Shown: positions 30,618 through 39,860 of the stretch, one piece after another | How positions within the stretch are numbered: the first letter of the stretch is position 1 | Layout of the letters: each line of letters starts with the position of its first letter | Notes under the pieces: model-generated | Database searches by the model: none | The model's input: only the letters and a program-made list of their open reading frames with translations | What the model was told of the DNA's origin: nothing | Virus record (IMG/VR): IMGVR_UViG_3300048925_000594 | DNA: 64,000 nucleotides | DNA from: an uncultured virus (IMG/VR IMGVR_UViG_3300048925_000594) | Taxonomy: Duplodnaviria; Heunggongvirae; Uroviricota; Caudoviricetes | Direction: 5' to 3' (one strand) | Program-made: the position numbers and the translations under genes

Positions 30618-31912
30618 AAAAGTTAGTAGAAGATTTGTACCAACATATTGTACCAATAAACGAAGGATATGATTTTCTTTTTTCTGATGAAGTATATGTG
30701 CCGATATATGAGACTGTCCTAATAGTTACAAAAAGGACAATCATGCCAATCAGCTTGGTCGAAGAAAAAATTTTACAACTACTGAATGCTGGAATCTTGC
30801 AAATTGATGAGTTATCTAAAATTTTGGGACTAAATCGTAGACTATTGGAAGTTACGTTGGCAGATTTATATTCGAGAGATTTGGTTGCGGTTTCATCAAA
30901 TTCTTGTAGAATAATGACTGCTGGAAGAGAAGCATTAAACAGTCTGAATAGAACAGAAAAAAAACAGGATATACTTAAAAATGTTTGTTTAGATGGTATA
31001 CTAGGAAATGTGATTGATTCATCGGATTATCAATTGCTGAATAATGTAAGGAATGACGATAATAAGCTTAAACCCCAAATTCCTACAGGAAAAGTTGAAT
31101 ATTATATTGAACGGTTTAAGGAGATATCCCAAATCTTTAATGAAGAAAATAGATTGTTTTTTTCTGAAGGAATACAGCCTATCCAGGAAGAATTATTAAA
31201 GATTGACAAGGTTGAAAACACATTTGTAAGATTTATAAGAATTCCTATTCATGTTTATGTAAGCTCAAATGGGATAGATATTGATGTAGTTGCAGCCACA
31301 TATAAAATGACTGAATTATTGTTAGAGTATAAGGATTATATTATAGATCAATTAAACAGTAAAAAGGTTCTAAAGAATCATTTTAAATTCAGAAAGTTAT
31401 CTACGCAGGGATATGAAGGAGATACATATCCGGAAAAAGGCGAGTTGCTGGATGAACTTAAAAAGATACATTATAACAAAAATAAAAAAGATCTTGATTT
31501 TAGATCAATTGAGAGTAGGGTTTTATGTAATAGAAAGTTGTCAAATGGTGAATATAGGGAAATTTTAAAGTATCTGTCTAAATCTGTAGAAGATGTGGAG
31601 TTGTTTGTTTATAACTTAGAAGATTGGTCGTATAATCCCAATTTTACAGGAACATTGGCTGATAATATTGGAAAGGCTAAATTATCCATTTATTACAGAG
31701 AATCTGTAAATGAAAAGAAATCAATTGACCAAATAAAATGGAATTATAATGATATAGGGTATTGTGAAAAAGTTGAGACTGGTTATTATATCTGTTGGAA
31801 AATTGGAGGATATTTACTATATGGAATACCTTTATTAAGAACGGTTGTTAATGAAAATACCAATTGTTTGGTCATATCATTTTACTTGGAGAAAAATGAA
31901 CAAGTAAAATAG
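30614..31912 (+). CDS. Partner of kinase-helicase: N-terminal winged helix, possible degenerate PLD-like C-terminus
   Basis: TTG start overlaps the upstream stop; wHTH-like IDELSKILGLNRRLL...TAGREAL; no HKD motif seen. Confidence 0.6.
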   Translation: MKKLVEDLYQHIVPINEGYDFLFSDEVYVPIYETVLIVTKRTIMPISLVEEKILQLLNAGILQIDELSKILGLNRRLLEVTLADLYSRDLVAVSSNSCRIMTAGREALNSLNRTEKKQDILKNVCLDGILGNVIDSSDYQLLNNVRNDDNKLKPQIPTGKVEYYIERFKEISQIFNEENRLFFSEGIQPIQEELLKIDKVENTFVRFIRIPIHVYVSSNGIDIDVVAATYKMTELLLEYKDYIIDQLNSKKVLKNHFKFRKLSTQGYEGDTYPEKGELLDELKKIHYNKNKKDLDFRSIESRVLCNRKLSNGEYREILKYLSKSVEDVELFVYNLEDWSYNPNFTGTLADNIGKAKLSIYYRESVNEKKSIDQIKWNYNDIGYCEKVETGYYICWKIGGYLLYGIPLLRTVVNENTNCLVISFYLEKNEQVK

Positions 31913-32084
31913 AAAATAAAGTGTGTCCTTTCTGGATAAGCGGCTCACATGTGAAAATATGATTAAATATATTTACAGTAGGGGGGACCGCTTCTGGTTA
32001 GAATTTATAGAAACCTCAGAGTATATAGGTCGAAGTAGTTAGGGAGAAAGGAAACGAATACAGATTCACATTTAACTTATATTA

Positions 32085-32116
32085 TTTGTACCATTTCTTT
32101 ACCGGTTTTGTACCAA
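32085..32116 (+). repeat. Arm-type repeats near attR (TTTGTACCA / TTTTGTACCAA)
   Basis: Copies at 32085-32093 and 32106-32116 match 2093-2114. Confidence 0.65.
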
Positions 32117-32232
32117 TCGGGACATGTATTGGTAAAGAACTATAAAGACCTATGATTTATTGGTAATTATGGTATGCAAATAGTAAAGGGTGTTGCAGGC
32201 TAATGAAAACTTATGAATTTCATGTCTTAATC

Positions 32233-32262
32233 TTCCCGACGATGAAGTCATTAGACAAGTAG
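32233..32262 (+). repeat. attR of element 1 / left junction of element 2; duplicate lysS end (FPTMKSLDK*)
   Basis: 26/30 identity to 2000-2029, first 18 bp identical. Confidence 0.9.
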
Positions 32263-32413
32263 AGGATAAGACTTTCCAGTAAAATCAATGCTTTGCGGCT
32301 ATACCGCAGACAGAGAATTTAAGCATTTAAGCCAAACTTAAGCCAGTATATGCAGAGATTTGAACATTAAAATTTGTTAAGACATGCAGGATGGACGGGG
32401 TTCAGGCAGGAAT

Positions 32414-32458
32414 AAAAAAGCAGGTGTTTCACAACGATGTGAGATACCTGCTTTTTTT
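32414..32458. terminator. Bidirectional intrinsic terminator
   Basis: AAAAAAGCAGGT...ACCTGCTTTTTTT stem flanked by A and T tracts. Confidence 0.7.
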
Positions 32459-32604
32459 GCGTATTTTTATCTGATTCATAAGAGGAGAATCCGTACTCGT
32501 TTGGCAGACTATGATTATCAATAGGTTGTAATAATACTAGAGTCATGGATACGGTAATTACCTGTTGGCGAGTGAAGTCTTTTCATGTAATTTTGTCAGT
32601 GTTT

Positions 32605-32829
32605 CTACACCGTGTCACCAGTATCTCTCATTTTAAAACTTCCGATAAAATCACAATCAAGGGCATTTCCAATTTCAATCAATTCATTTTCTGAAAAATT
32701 ATCACGCTTTAATTTATTGCTAAGATTACCTTGTGATGTGCCGAGCTTTTCAGCAAGCCCGGAAATATTGGTTTTTCGCTTAATAAGCAGAATACGAATC
32801 TTTTCAGACATTGACAAGAGTAAAACCAC
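32605..32829 (-). CDS. Small XRE/Cro-like HTH regulator
   Basis: EKIRILLIKR..NISGLAEKLGTSQGNLSNKL. Confidence 0.8.
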   Translation of the reverse strand: MVLLLSMSEKIRILLIKRKTNISGLAEKLGTSQGNLSNKLKRDNFSENELIEIGNALDCDFIGSFKMRDTGDTV

Positions 32830-33416
32830 CTTTCCTATATTGCTTCCTAGTATAGAATATAACCGAATAATTATAATGTCAACGTAAATAGAATAAATTA
32901 TTTGAAAGGAGTATTGACAAATATAACTGTAAGGTTTAATATATAATTATAAAGTTTTAAATAACTTTCATGAGTTATAATTGAGAAGAAAATACTTTTG
33001 AATATTTTAGATATTATGAAGTCTGTATACTTAGCATTTGCTTGGTAGCAACAAAAGCAACCATACCATCCAATGAGATGGAGTTGAAGGTCCGAAGTCC
33101 TTATAAATGCTGACGGGTTGCAACAGGGCGTTGTAATGTTGGATGACAAGTTTCGGCCGGGTTTAATGTGAACCGGGCGCCATGGGAGAGTTAAACCTGC
33201 GTTTTTGTACTATGGCTATAAATAATTTTCACCTACTAAAAGCTAGGGAACTTACAATGCCCAATCTGCTGCAATATATAATAACAACAAATTTTTATTA
33301 CAGTATTGCTTCATACATATACAATCATTCTGATGTATTTTTGTCTATAGTGTATTTATCGGGTTCATAGATATTTCCGAACAAAATCCAGTGCTATACT
33401 GTAAATTTCATAAAGG

Positions 33417-33671
33417 GTGGTAGAAAATATGAGAAAAGATAAAAGAACATTAAAAGTCTGTGAACAGTCCGGAAATAGATATAAGCCTACACCTGCACTT
33501 ATGTTAAAAGGCGCATGGCTGGAAGAATGGGGGTTTACTACCAATACATTAGTGACTGTTCAGTGCGAGGAGGGAAAGCTGATTATCATGCCAAGAGAAG
33601 AAGTTAACTATATTGACTCATTTGAGGAGCAGATGGCATGTGCAGTAGGGGAAAAGAAAGGCAGGTATTGA
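33417..33671 (+). CDS. SymE-family (AbrB-fold) toxin-like protein
   Basis: P.LMLKGAWLEEWGF....VTV.CEEGKLII signature. Confidence 0.8.
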   Translation: MVENMRKDKRTLKVCEQSGNRYKPTPALMLKGAWLEEWGFTTNTLVTVQCEEGKLIIMPREEVNYIDSFEEQMACAVGEKKGRY

Positions 33672-33673
33672 CT

Positions 33674-34459
33674 ATGGGGAAGATATATATGATTGGCTCA
33701 CAGAAAGGCGGTGTGGGTAAGACTACGACTACTTTGAATCTTGCATATTCCCTGCATAAGATGGGGAAGAAGGTACTGGCAGTAGATTTTGACAGTCAGG
33801 CGAATCTGACTACTTGTTTTGGGATTGAGAATACCGGGGAATTGGAGAATACCATCGGGCATTTAATGATGGCGGAGATTGAGGACACAAAGTTGCCTGC
33901 TCCGAAGAGGTACATAAGAACGAAAGAGGGGATAGATTTTATTCCTTCCTCCATTTATCTGTCAGTGGTGGATGCAAAGTTGAGACTGGAAATGGGAACG
34001 GAGAAGATACTGTCTGAGATATTGGAGCCTTTGCGCGATAAGTACGATTACATTTTAATTGATACTTGTCCGTCTTTGGGGACGTTGACCATCAATGCTT
34101 TGGCGGCGGCTGATGATGTGATTATTACGGTAAATCCACAGCTTCTTGCTATGATGGGGATGCAGGATTTTCTTAGGACTGTGATGAAGATTAGGCGGAG
34201 AATCAATCCAAAACTGGGGATTGCGGGCATCCTGCTGACCATGTGCGAGTCCAGGACAAAGCTGTGTAAGTTATTGACGGAGCAGGTGGCCGATAGCTTC
34301 CATGAGCAGATTCGGATATTTGACACCAGGATTCCCAATACGGTAAAGGTTGGAGAGAGCATTTATTACAGTATGCCGATTGGGCAGTACAGTCTTAAGT
34401 CAAGCGCGAGTATCGCTTATTGGAAATTTGCAAAGGAGTTGGTTGCAAATGAAGGCTAA
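33674..34459 (+). CDS. parA: ParA/Soj-family ATPase
   Basis: QKGGVGKTT, VDFDSQANLT, YDYILIDTCPSLG. Confidence 0.93.
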   Translation: MGKIYMIGSQKGGVGKTTTTLNLAYSLHKMGKKVLAVDFDSQANLTTCFGIENTGELENTIGHLMMAEIEDTKLPAPKRYIRTKEGIDFIPSSIYLSVVDAKLRLEMGTEKILSEILEPLRDKYDYILIDTCPSLGTLTINALAAADDVIITVNPQLLAMMGMQDFLRTVMKIRRRINPKLGIAGILLTMCESRTKLCKLLTEQVADSFHEQIRIFDTRIPNTVKVGESIYYSMPIGQYSLKSSASIAYWKFAKELVANEG

Positions 34460-35423
34460 TGCTACAAAGAGAAAAATTTTCAATGACGCTGTGGATGTGT
34501 TATGTGGGGTAGAGAGTATATCTGCTCAGGAGAATGGGATACAGATGCTGCCGATTGACAGCGTCTTTCCGTTCCGGAACCACCCTTTCCGGTTGTATGA
34601 GGGGGAGAGGTTGGATGATATGGTGGAGAGTATTCGGGAGCATGGCATTTTGAATCCTGTCATTGTCTGGCAGAGCCCAGGTGGCTATGAAATGCTTGCC
34701 GGACATAATCGGCAGATGGCGGGGAGGCTTGCAGGACTGACGGAGATTCCGGCCATTGTGAAGACGGACCTGACGGAAAAGGATGCCTATGTGTATGTGA
34801 TTGAGACGAATGTAATACAGAGGGGATTTGCAGAAATGCTTCCGTCAGAGAAGGCGGCGGTTCTGGCGGAACGGTATGAAAAGGTCAGCAACCAGGGGAG
34901 GCGCAATGATATCCTGCAGGAGATTGAAAGGCTGAACGGCACGGACAAGGCGGAGACTTGTGGACATGATGTCCAGAGGTTGAAAAGCCGGGATGCTGTG
35001 GGGGAAGAGTATGGGATGACAGGGAGGAACATTGCCAGATATATCCGGGTGAATCAGTTGGAGCAGCCGTTAAAGAAACGACTGGATGCGGGGGGACTTT
35101 CCTTGGTGGCGGCCGTGGATTTATCTTATCTGTCTGCAAAGGAGCAGAAAACAGTGTCTGAGCTAGCAGAACGGGGGAAGATAAAGCTGGATGCCAATAC
35201 TGCCAAGCATATAAAGGATATGGCAGGAGATGTGACGGAAAAGCGGGTATTGGAGCATTTTGAAGGTAAGAAGGAGAAGAAGGCGAACACCGGCAAGACT
35301 ATAAAAATTTCTACAGATGTGTATGAGAGATATTTTGCAAATGCAAGGGCTATGGATGTTGCTGGGATTGTGGAGGACGCATTGGCGGCATGGTTTGCAA
35401 AAGGAGGAATGGCTGGTGTTTAA
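34449..35423 (+). CDS. parB: ParB-family partition protein
   Basis: SIREHGILNPVIV, YEMLAGHNR, ETNVIQR, downstream HTH; overlaps parA. Confidence 0.9.
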   Translation: MKANATKRKIFNDAVDVLCGVESISAQENGIQMLPIDSVFPFRNHPFRLYEGERLDDMVESIREHGILNPVIVWQSPGGYEMLAGHNRQMAGRLAGLTEIPAIVKTDLTEKDAYVYVIETNVIQRGFAEMLPSEKAAVLAERYEKVSNQGRRNDILQEIERLNGTDKAETCGHDVQRLKSRDAVGEEYGMTGRNIARYIRVNQLEQPLKKRLDAGGLSLVAAVDLSYLSAKEQKTVSELAERGKIKLDANTAKHIKDMAGDVTEKRVLEHFEGKKEKKANTGKTIKISTDVYERYFANARAMDVAGIVEDALAAWFAKGGMAGV

Positions 35424-35511
35424 TACATATCTTATAATGTTTGAGGTCAAAAATTGTGACCTCAAAGATGAAACTGATTTTGTGTTTGTGATAGCTTAAA
35501 GGAGATACTAT

Positions 35512-36438
35512 ATGACAAAAGAACAGCATAGGACAACAGAATTGCAGGAAGAGGTTTCCGCAGTTATTGTATCAGAAAAGGCGATAAAGAGCCTGATTTA
35601 TGTTGTGCGTGGGCAACAGGTAATGATGGATAGTGATCTGGCAGCACTTTATCAAGTAGAAACAAAGGTGTTTAATCAGGCAGTTAAAAGAAATATAATG
35701 CGTTTTCCGGACTCATTCCGTTTTCAGCTTACAGACGAAGAGTTTAAAAACTTGAAATCACAGATTGTTACCTCAAACGGCAGAGGTGGCAGACGATATC
35801 TGCCATATGTTTTTACGGAGCAGGGAATTGCAATGCTTTCGGCGGTGTTGAATAGTGATATAGCAATACAGGTTAGCATCCACATTATGACAGCATTTGT
35901 TGAAATGAGAAAGTTTCTGGTGAACAACGCTGTGCTGTTTGAGCGAATCAGTGATGTGGAGTTAAAGCAGTTAGAGTATCAGAAGAAGACAGATGAACGT
36001 TTTGAGCAGGTTTTTGATTACATAGCGGAACATGAAGAGGTGAAACAGAAAATATTCTTTGAAGGACAAATTTATGATGCATTTAGCCTGCTGGTAAAAC
36101 TGGTTGGCAGTGCTGAGAAATCCATTGTTTTGATTGATAATTATGTGGATGTGGGTACTCTGAATATTTTAGCGAAGAAGAAAAGAAATGTCAATGTCTG
36201 TATCTATACAATGAAGCAGACTAAGCTGACGGCGGTGGATGTAAAAAATTTTAATAGACAGTATCCGAAATTAGAGGTGAAATATACAGGGGCTTTCCAT
36301 GACCGTTTTCTTATATTGGACGGTGGCTGTGCTTATCATATTGGTGCATCGTTGAAGGATGTTGGTACGAAATGCTTTGCAATAAGTCAATTTAAAGATA
36401 AGGGGGTTGTAGAGGATATTCTGCGGCGGTTAGTATAA
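35512..36438 (+). CDS. ORF6N-domain DNA-binding protein with C-terminal PLD-like domain
   Basis: RGQQVMMDSDLA.LY.VET..FNQAVKRN..RFP, PYVFTEQG.AMLS; C-terminal FHDRFLILD...YHIGASLKD. Confidence 0.85.
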   Translation: MTKEQHRTTELQEEVSAVIVSEKAIKSLIYVVRGQQVMMDSDLAALYQVETKVFNQAVKRNIMRFPDSFRFQLTDEEFKNLKSQIVTSNGRGGRRYLPYVFTEQGIAMLSAVLNSDIAIQVSIHIMTAFVEMRKFLVNNAVLFERISDVELKQLEYQKKTDERFEQVFDYIAEHEEVKQKIFFEGQIYDAFSLLVKLVGSAEKSIVLIDNYVDVGTLNILAKKKRNVNVCIYTMKQTKLTAVDVKNFNRQYPKLEVKYTGAFHDRFLILDGGCAYHIGASLKDVGTKCFAISQFKDKGVVEDILRRLV

Positions 36439-36919
36439 GATGCAACAAAAGAAAAAATGTTAAATTATATTATGATGAGGGTCTTTGTGATAAGTAACAT
36501 TACAAAATTAAGAAGAAAAAAGACTAGTTAAAAAGAGATATTTTGATTGGTCTTTATCTTCTGAAATAGTAAGGGAATGAGAGTTTGTTACAGTTGATAT
36601 TAAAAATATTGAGGTGATGAATATATCAAGCTGTATTACGAAATTTAACTTAGTGGTATCCTGTGTATTGACCTAAGGGTTTTATTGATAAAAAGATTTG
36701 TTACACCTTTGAAAAAGCCAATGAATGCACATCTCATTAAGCTTGAAGGGGAATTTATAAGTACTGTAATTCTATAAAGATATTTCGATGAAAAAGTAAT
36801 TACTATTATAATGTAAGATTGGATTGAAAAAAACAATGTGAATTACATTGCAATTACAATTTTTTTGAGGTAATATTAGAAGGATAATTATATTCTAATA
36901 AGAGAAGGAGGAACTATAG

Positions 36920-37126
36920 TTGGGGGATAAAAAGACAATATTACCCATGGAACATTTGAACATAGGTGAGTTCAACCGTGGACAATCCTCTAAGTTAATA
37001 CGAGGTTTGGTAGATCATGATAAAACAGCATTTATTCAGAAAAACGGAAAACCAATTGCTGTTGTTATGTCATATGAAAGATATGAGCGTATGTTGAAAA
37101 ATGGGATTGATATTAATGATTTCTAA
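36920..37126 (+). CDS. Phd/YefM-like small DNA-binding protein (no adjacent toxin)
   Basis: EFNRGQSSKLI...FIQKNGKPIAVVMSYERYE; AAGGAGG RBS. Confidence 0.75.
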   Translation: MGDKKTILPMEHLNIGEFNRGQSSKLIRGLVDHDKTAFIQKNGKPIAVVMSYERYERMLKNGIDINDF

Positions 37127-37162
37127 CTCGTTATAGATAAATACGAAACATAACAGGAGGAA

Positions 37163-38803
37163 GTGGCTATGGTGCAAAAAAAATATGGAGTCGTTTATAC
37201 TCCGGACAGACTTGCGGATTTTACAGCAGAGTTATTATATATCGAATCTGAAATTGATAAATTTGCTGTAAAGTCTATATTGGATCCAGCTTGTGGAGAA
37301 TGTGCCTTATTAAGAGCAGCGAGTCGGTTTTTTAAAAGAGGTGTTAACTATACAGGAATAGATGTAGATAAAGATGCTATCGTTGCCGCCAATAATGAAT
37401 TTTGTATCGTAAATAATGACACAATAATACCACAAAATGTAAAAAGACCTTCGGTAGATTATTGGAATGAGAAATTGTCAGATATTTCGGCTGTCATTGC
37501 AAATCCACCATGGAGTTCGGAAAAAATTTATAATCGTAGTGAATTGCAAAGGGCAGGCTTTGCCTTAACTGCTGGTCAGTTTGACAGCTATGTGTTATTT
37601 GTAGAGTTTGCTTATGGGATAATACAGGAAGGTGGTTATTTCGCTTTCATTATACCGGATTCACTTTTTGATGCTCAGAATGAAAAACTAAGACGCTTTC
37701 TAACTGAAAATACTCAGATAAGGGTAATAGCAAGGCTCGGAGAGAAGATATTTGATGAAGTGAATAGGGCAACAACGGTTATTATTTGTAAAAAGCAGAA
37801 ACCTACCGAAAATACTGTAACAAAGTGTTTTAGGCTTTCAACGAATGAAAGAAAAATATTCCTATCAACTGATACACCTCTTATAAAATTTTATAAGGAG
37901 GGGGCTCATGAAGTGTTACAGACTCGTTTTGCAGCTAATGATGCTTGTAATTTTGATATTGATACTTATTCAAATGAGGAAGAGCTGCTTTCAAAGATTA
38001 AAAAACACATAATTAAGTGGGATAATGAATTTGTGTTTGGTAGGGGGGTGGAGATATCTAAGACAGGTAAGATTGTTTTCTGTCCTTCATGTGGGTTTGC
38101 CCAAGGATATAAAAAATCTCAAATGACTGATGGTAAAAAAAGTTGTACAAATTGCGGAAGTGATGTACCTGTATCGATTGAGACTACTCAAAGTATGATT
38201 ACGAAAGAGCAAAGCCCACAGAGTGTTCAATTATTTGTTGGAGAAAATATTCGCCGTTACGCTATTTCAGGAGAATTTTATATTCAACCAAACATCCCAG
38301 GGATTAATTATAAAAATAGATCAATGTATAATCCACCCAAATTGCTTGTGCGAAAAACAGGATTAGGGATTTATTCAGCTATTGATTATACGGGTAGCAT
38401 GACTAGTCAGACTGTGTATATTTTAAAGCTTAAGGACAACGTTCAGAATATTCCATTAGAATACTATCTGGCGTTGTTAAATTCTCGTGTTGTGTATTAT
38501 TATTACCTTAAAACATATGGTGAGAATGAATGGAAATCACATCCATATTTAACAAAGCAGATTATTTACTCATTGCCAATACGTAAGTATGAAAATAGTG
38601 AATTAGACCATCGTATTGTTAAGTTGTCAACGGAACTTGCTCATAATTATGATTATATTAAGGATGTTCAACTTGAAGAACTTATGATGAAGAAGTATGA
38701 CTTATCAGAGTCTGATAAGCAGCTTATATACAGCCAAATGAATCGTTTGCCTGATTTGAGTGCTGTAAATAACATGAAAGTAGAGATAGTGGCAGATGTA
38801 TAG
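37163..38803 (+). CDS. N6-adenine DNA methyltransferase (gamma class, Eco57I/TaqI-like) with zinc-finger insertion
   Basis: VYTP, LDPACGE, ANPPW; CPSC...CTNC insertion; TaqI_C-like KLLVRKT...LLNS. Confidence 0.88.
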   Translation: MAMVQKKYGVVYTPDRLADFTAELLYIESEIDKFAVKSILDPACGECALLRAASRFFKRGVNYTGIDVDKDAIVAANNEFCIVNNDTIIPQNVKRPSVDYWNEKLSDISAVIANPPWSSEKIYNRSELQRAGFALTAGQFDSYVLFVEFAYGIIQEGGYFAFIIPDSLFDAQNEKLRRFLTENTQIRVIARLGEKIFDEVNRATTVIICKKQKPTENTVTKCFRLSTNERKIFLSTDTPLIKFYKEGAHEVLQTRFAANDACNFDIDTYSNEEELLSKIKKHIIKWDNEFVFGRGVEISKTGKIVFCPSCGFAQGYKKSQMTDGKKSCTNCGSDVPVSIETTQSMITKEQSPQSVQLFVGENIRRYAISGEFYIQPNIPGINYKNRSMYNPPKLLVRKTGLGIYSAIDYTGSMTSQTVYILKLKDNVQNIPLEYYLALLNSRVVYYYYLKTYGENEWKSHPYLTKQIIYSLPIRKYENSELDHRIVKLSTELAHNYDYIKDVQLEELMMKKYDLSESDKQLIYSQMNRLPDLSAVNNMKVEIVADV

Positions 38804-39851
38804 ATATATAGGAAATAAAGCAAAGCTAACTCCACATATATTGGATAAAGTGGAGCAGCTTATTGGTAAGACTGGCACAGTTGCAGATATTATGGCAGGT
38901 ACTGGAACGGTTTCTCTTGAATTGCGAAAGGCAGGATATACAATAGTTGCTTCTGATGTAATGACTTACTCTTATCATCATTTGGTGGTAAACTTATGTT
39001 TAGGAAGCAAACCAAGTTTTAGTGGTCTTATAGATAGTGATATAATAAATACAGATGAGGGAATATGTGCTTATAATGCTGTTTTGAATCATTTAAACAC
39101 ATTGCCGCCAAAGGAGGGCTTTTTCTTTAGAGAGTTTTCGCCTAATGGAAAACCTCAAAATGGCTGTGAACCGAGAAAATATTTTACATCAGAAAATGCA
39201 TCTAAGATAGATGCGATAAGGGAAGCAATTAACGAATGGATTGATAGTAAAGTTTTATCCAACTTAGAAGAATCTCTGTTAAAACACACTCTGATAATGG
39301 CAGTAAATGAAGTGGCAAATATTTCTGGCACCTACGGGTATTTTCTTTCTGACTTTAAGAAAAACGCTAATGAATTGCTTAATCTGAGTCCTGTTGAACT
39401 ATATCCTGATAATAGTATGGGGCATTTGGTTAAGTTAGGGTTTGCAGAAAACTTAGCAGCTACAATAACAGCTGATTTATGTTATATTGACCCACCATAT
39501 ATGAAAAGACAATATGCAGCTAATTACCATATATTGGAGACGGTTGCGCGTGGAGATTTTCCAGATGCTGTAGGTAAAAGTGGATTACGAGATTGGTGGG
39601 ATCAACATTCTAAATTGTGTACAAAAACAAGAGGTCTTCAATCTTTTGAGAAAATAATTGGTGATATGCATTGTTCAAAGTTTTTAATAAGTTATAGTGA
39701 AGATGGCTTGTTTTCACTAGAACAGTTAGAAGAATGCTTTCGAAAATTTGGAGTAGTTGAAGTCCAAGAAATTGATTATAATCGATTTAAGAGTAATGGT
39801 AGTAAACTACCAAAGAAACTTAAAGAGTATTTAATTTCGATAGAAAGGTAG
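38796..39851 (+). CDS. D12/FokI-like adenine DNA methyltransferase
   Basis: YIGNK, DIMAGTG, YIDPPY...YAANYHILET, ISYS. Confidence 0.88.
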   Translation: MYRYIGNKAKLTPHILDKVEQLIGKTGTVADIMAGTGTVSLELRKAGYTIVASDVMTYSYHHLVVNLCLGSKPSFSGLIDSDIINTDEGICAYNAVLNHLNTLPPKEGFFFREFSPNGKPQNGCEPRKYFTSENASKIDAIREAINEWIDSKVLSNLEESLLKHTLIMAVNEVANISGTYGYFLSDFKKNANELLNLSPVELYPDNSMGHLVKLGFAENLAATITADLCYIDPPYMKRQYAANYHILETVARGDFPDAVGKSGLRDWWDQHSKLCTKTRGLQSFEKIIGDMHCSKFLISYSEDGLFSLEQLEECFRKFGVVEVQEIDYNRFKSNGSKLPKKLKEYLISIER

Positions 39852-39860
39852 GAATAGGTT

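Larger units (their letters stand above)
2000..32250. mobile_element. Integrative (probably mobilizable) element / genomic island inserted in the 3' end of lysS
   Basis: Identical 18-bp direct repeat TTCCCGACGATGAAGTCA at 2000-2017 and 32233-32250; internal xis, tyrosine integrase, relaxase/MobC; AT-rich cargo. Confidence 0.9.

Noticed and set aside
33370..33416. LexA/SOS box upstream of the symE-like gene
   Set aside because: Only a CGAAC half-site; no matching GTTC half
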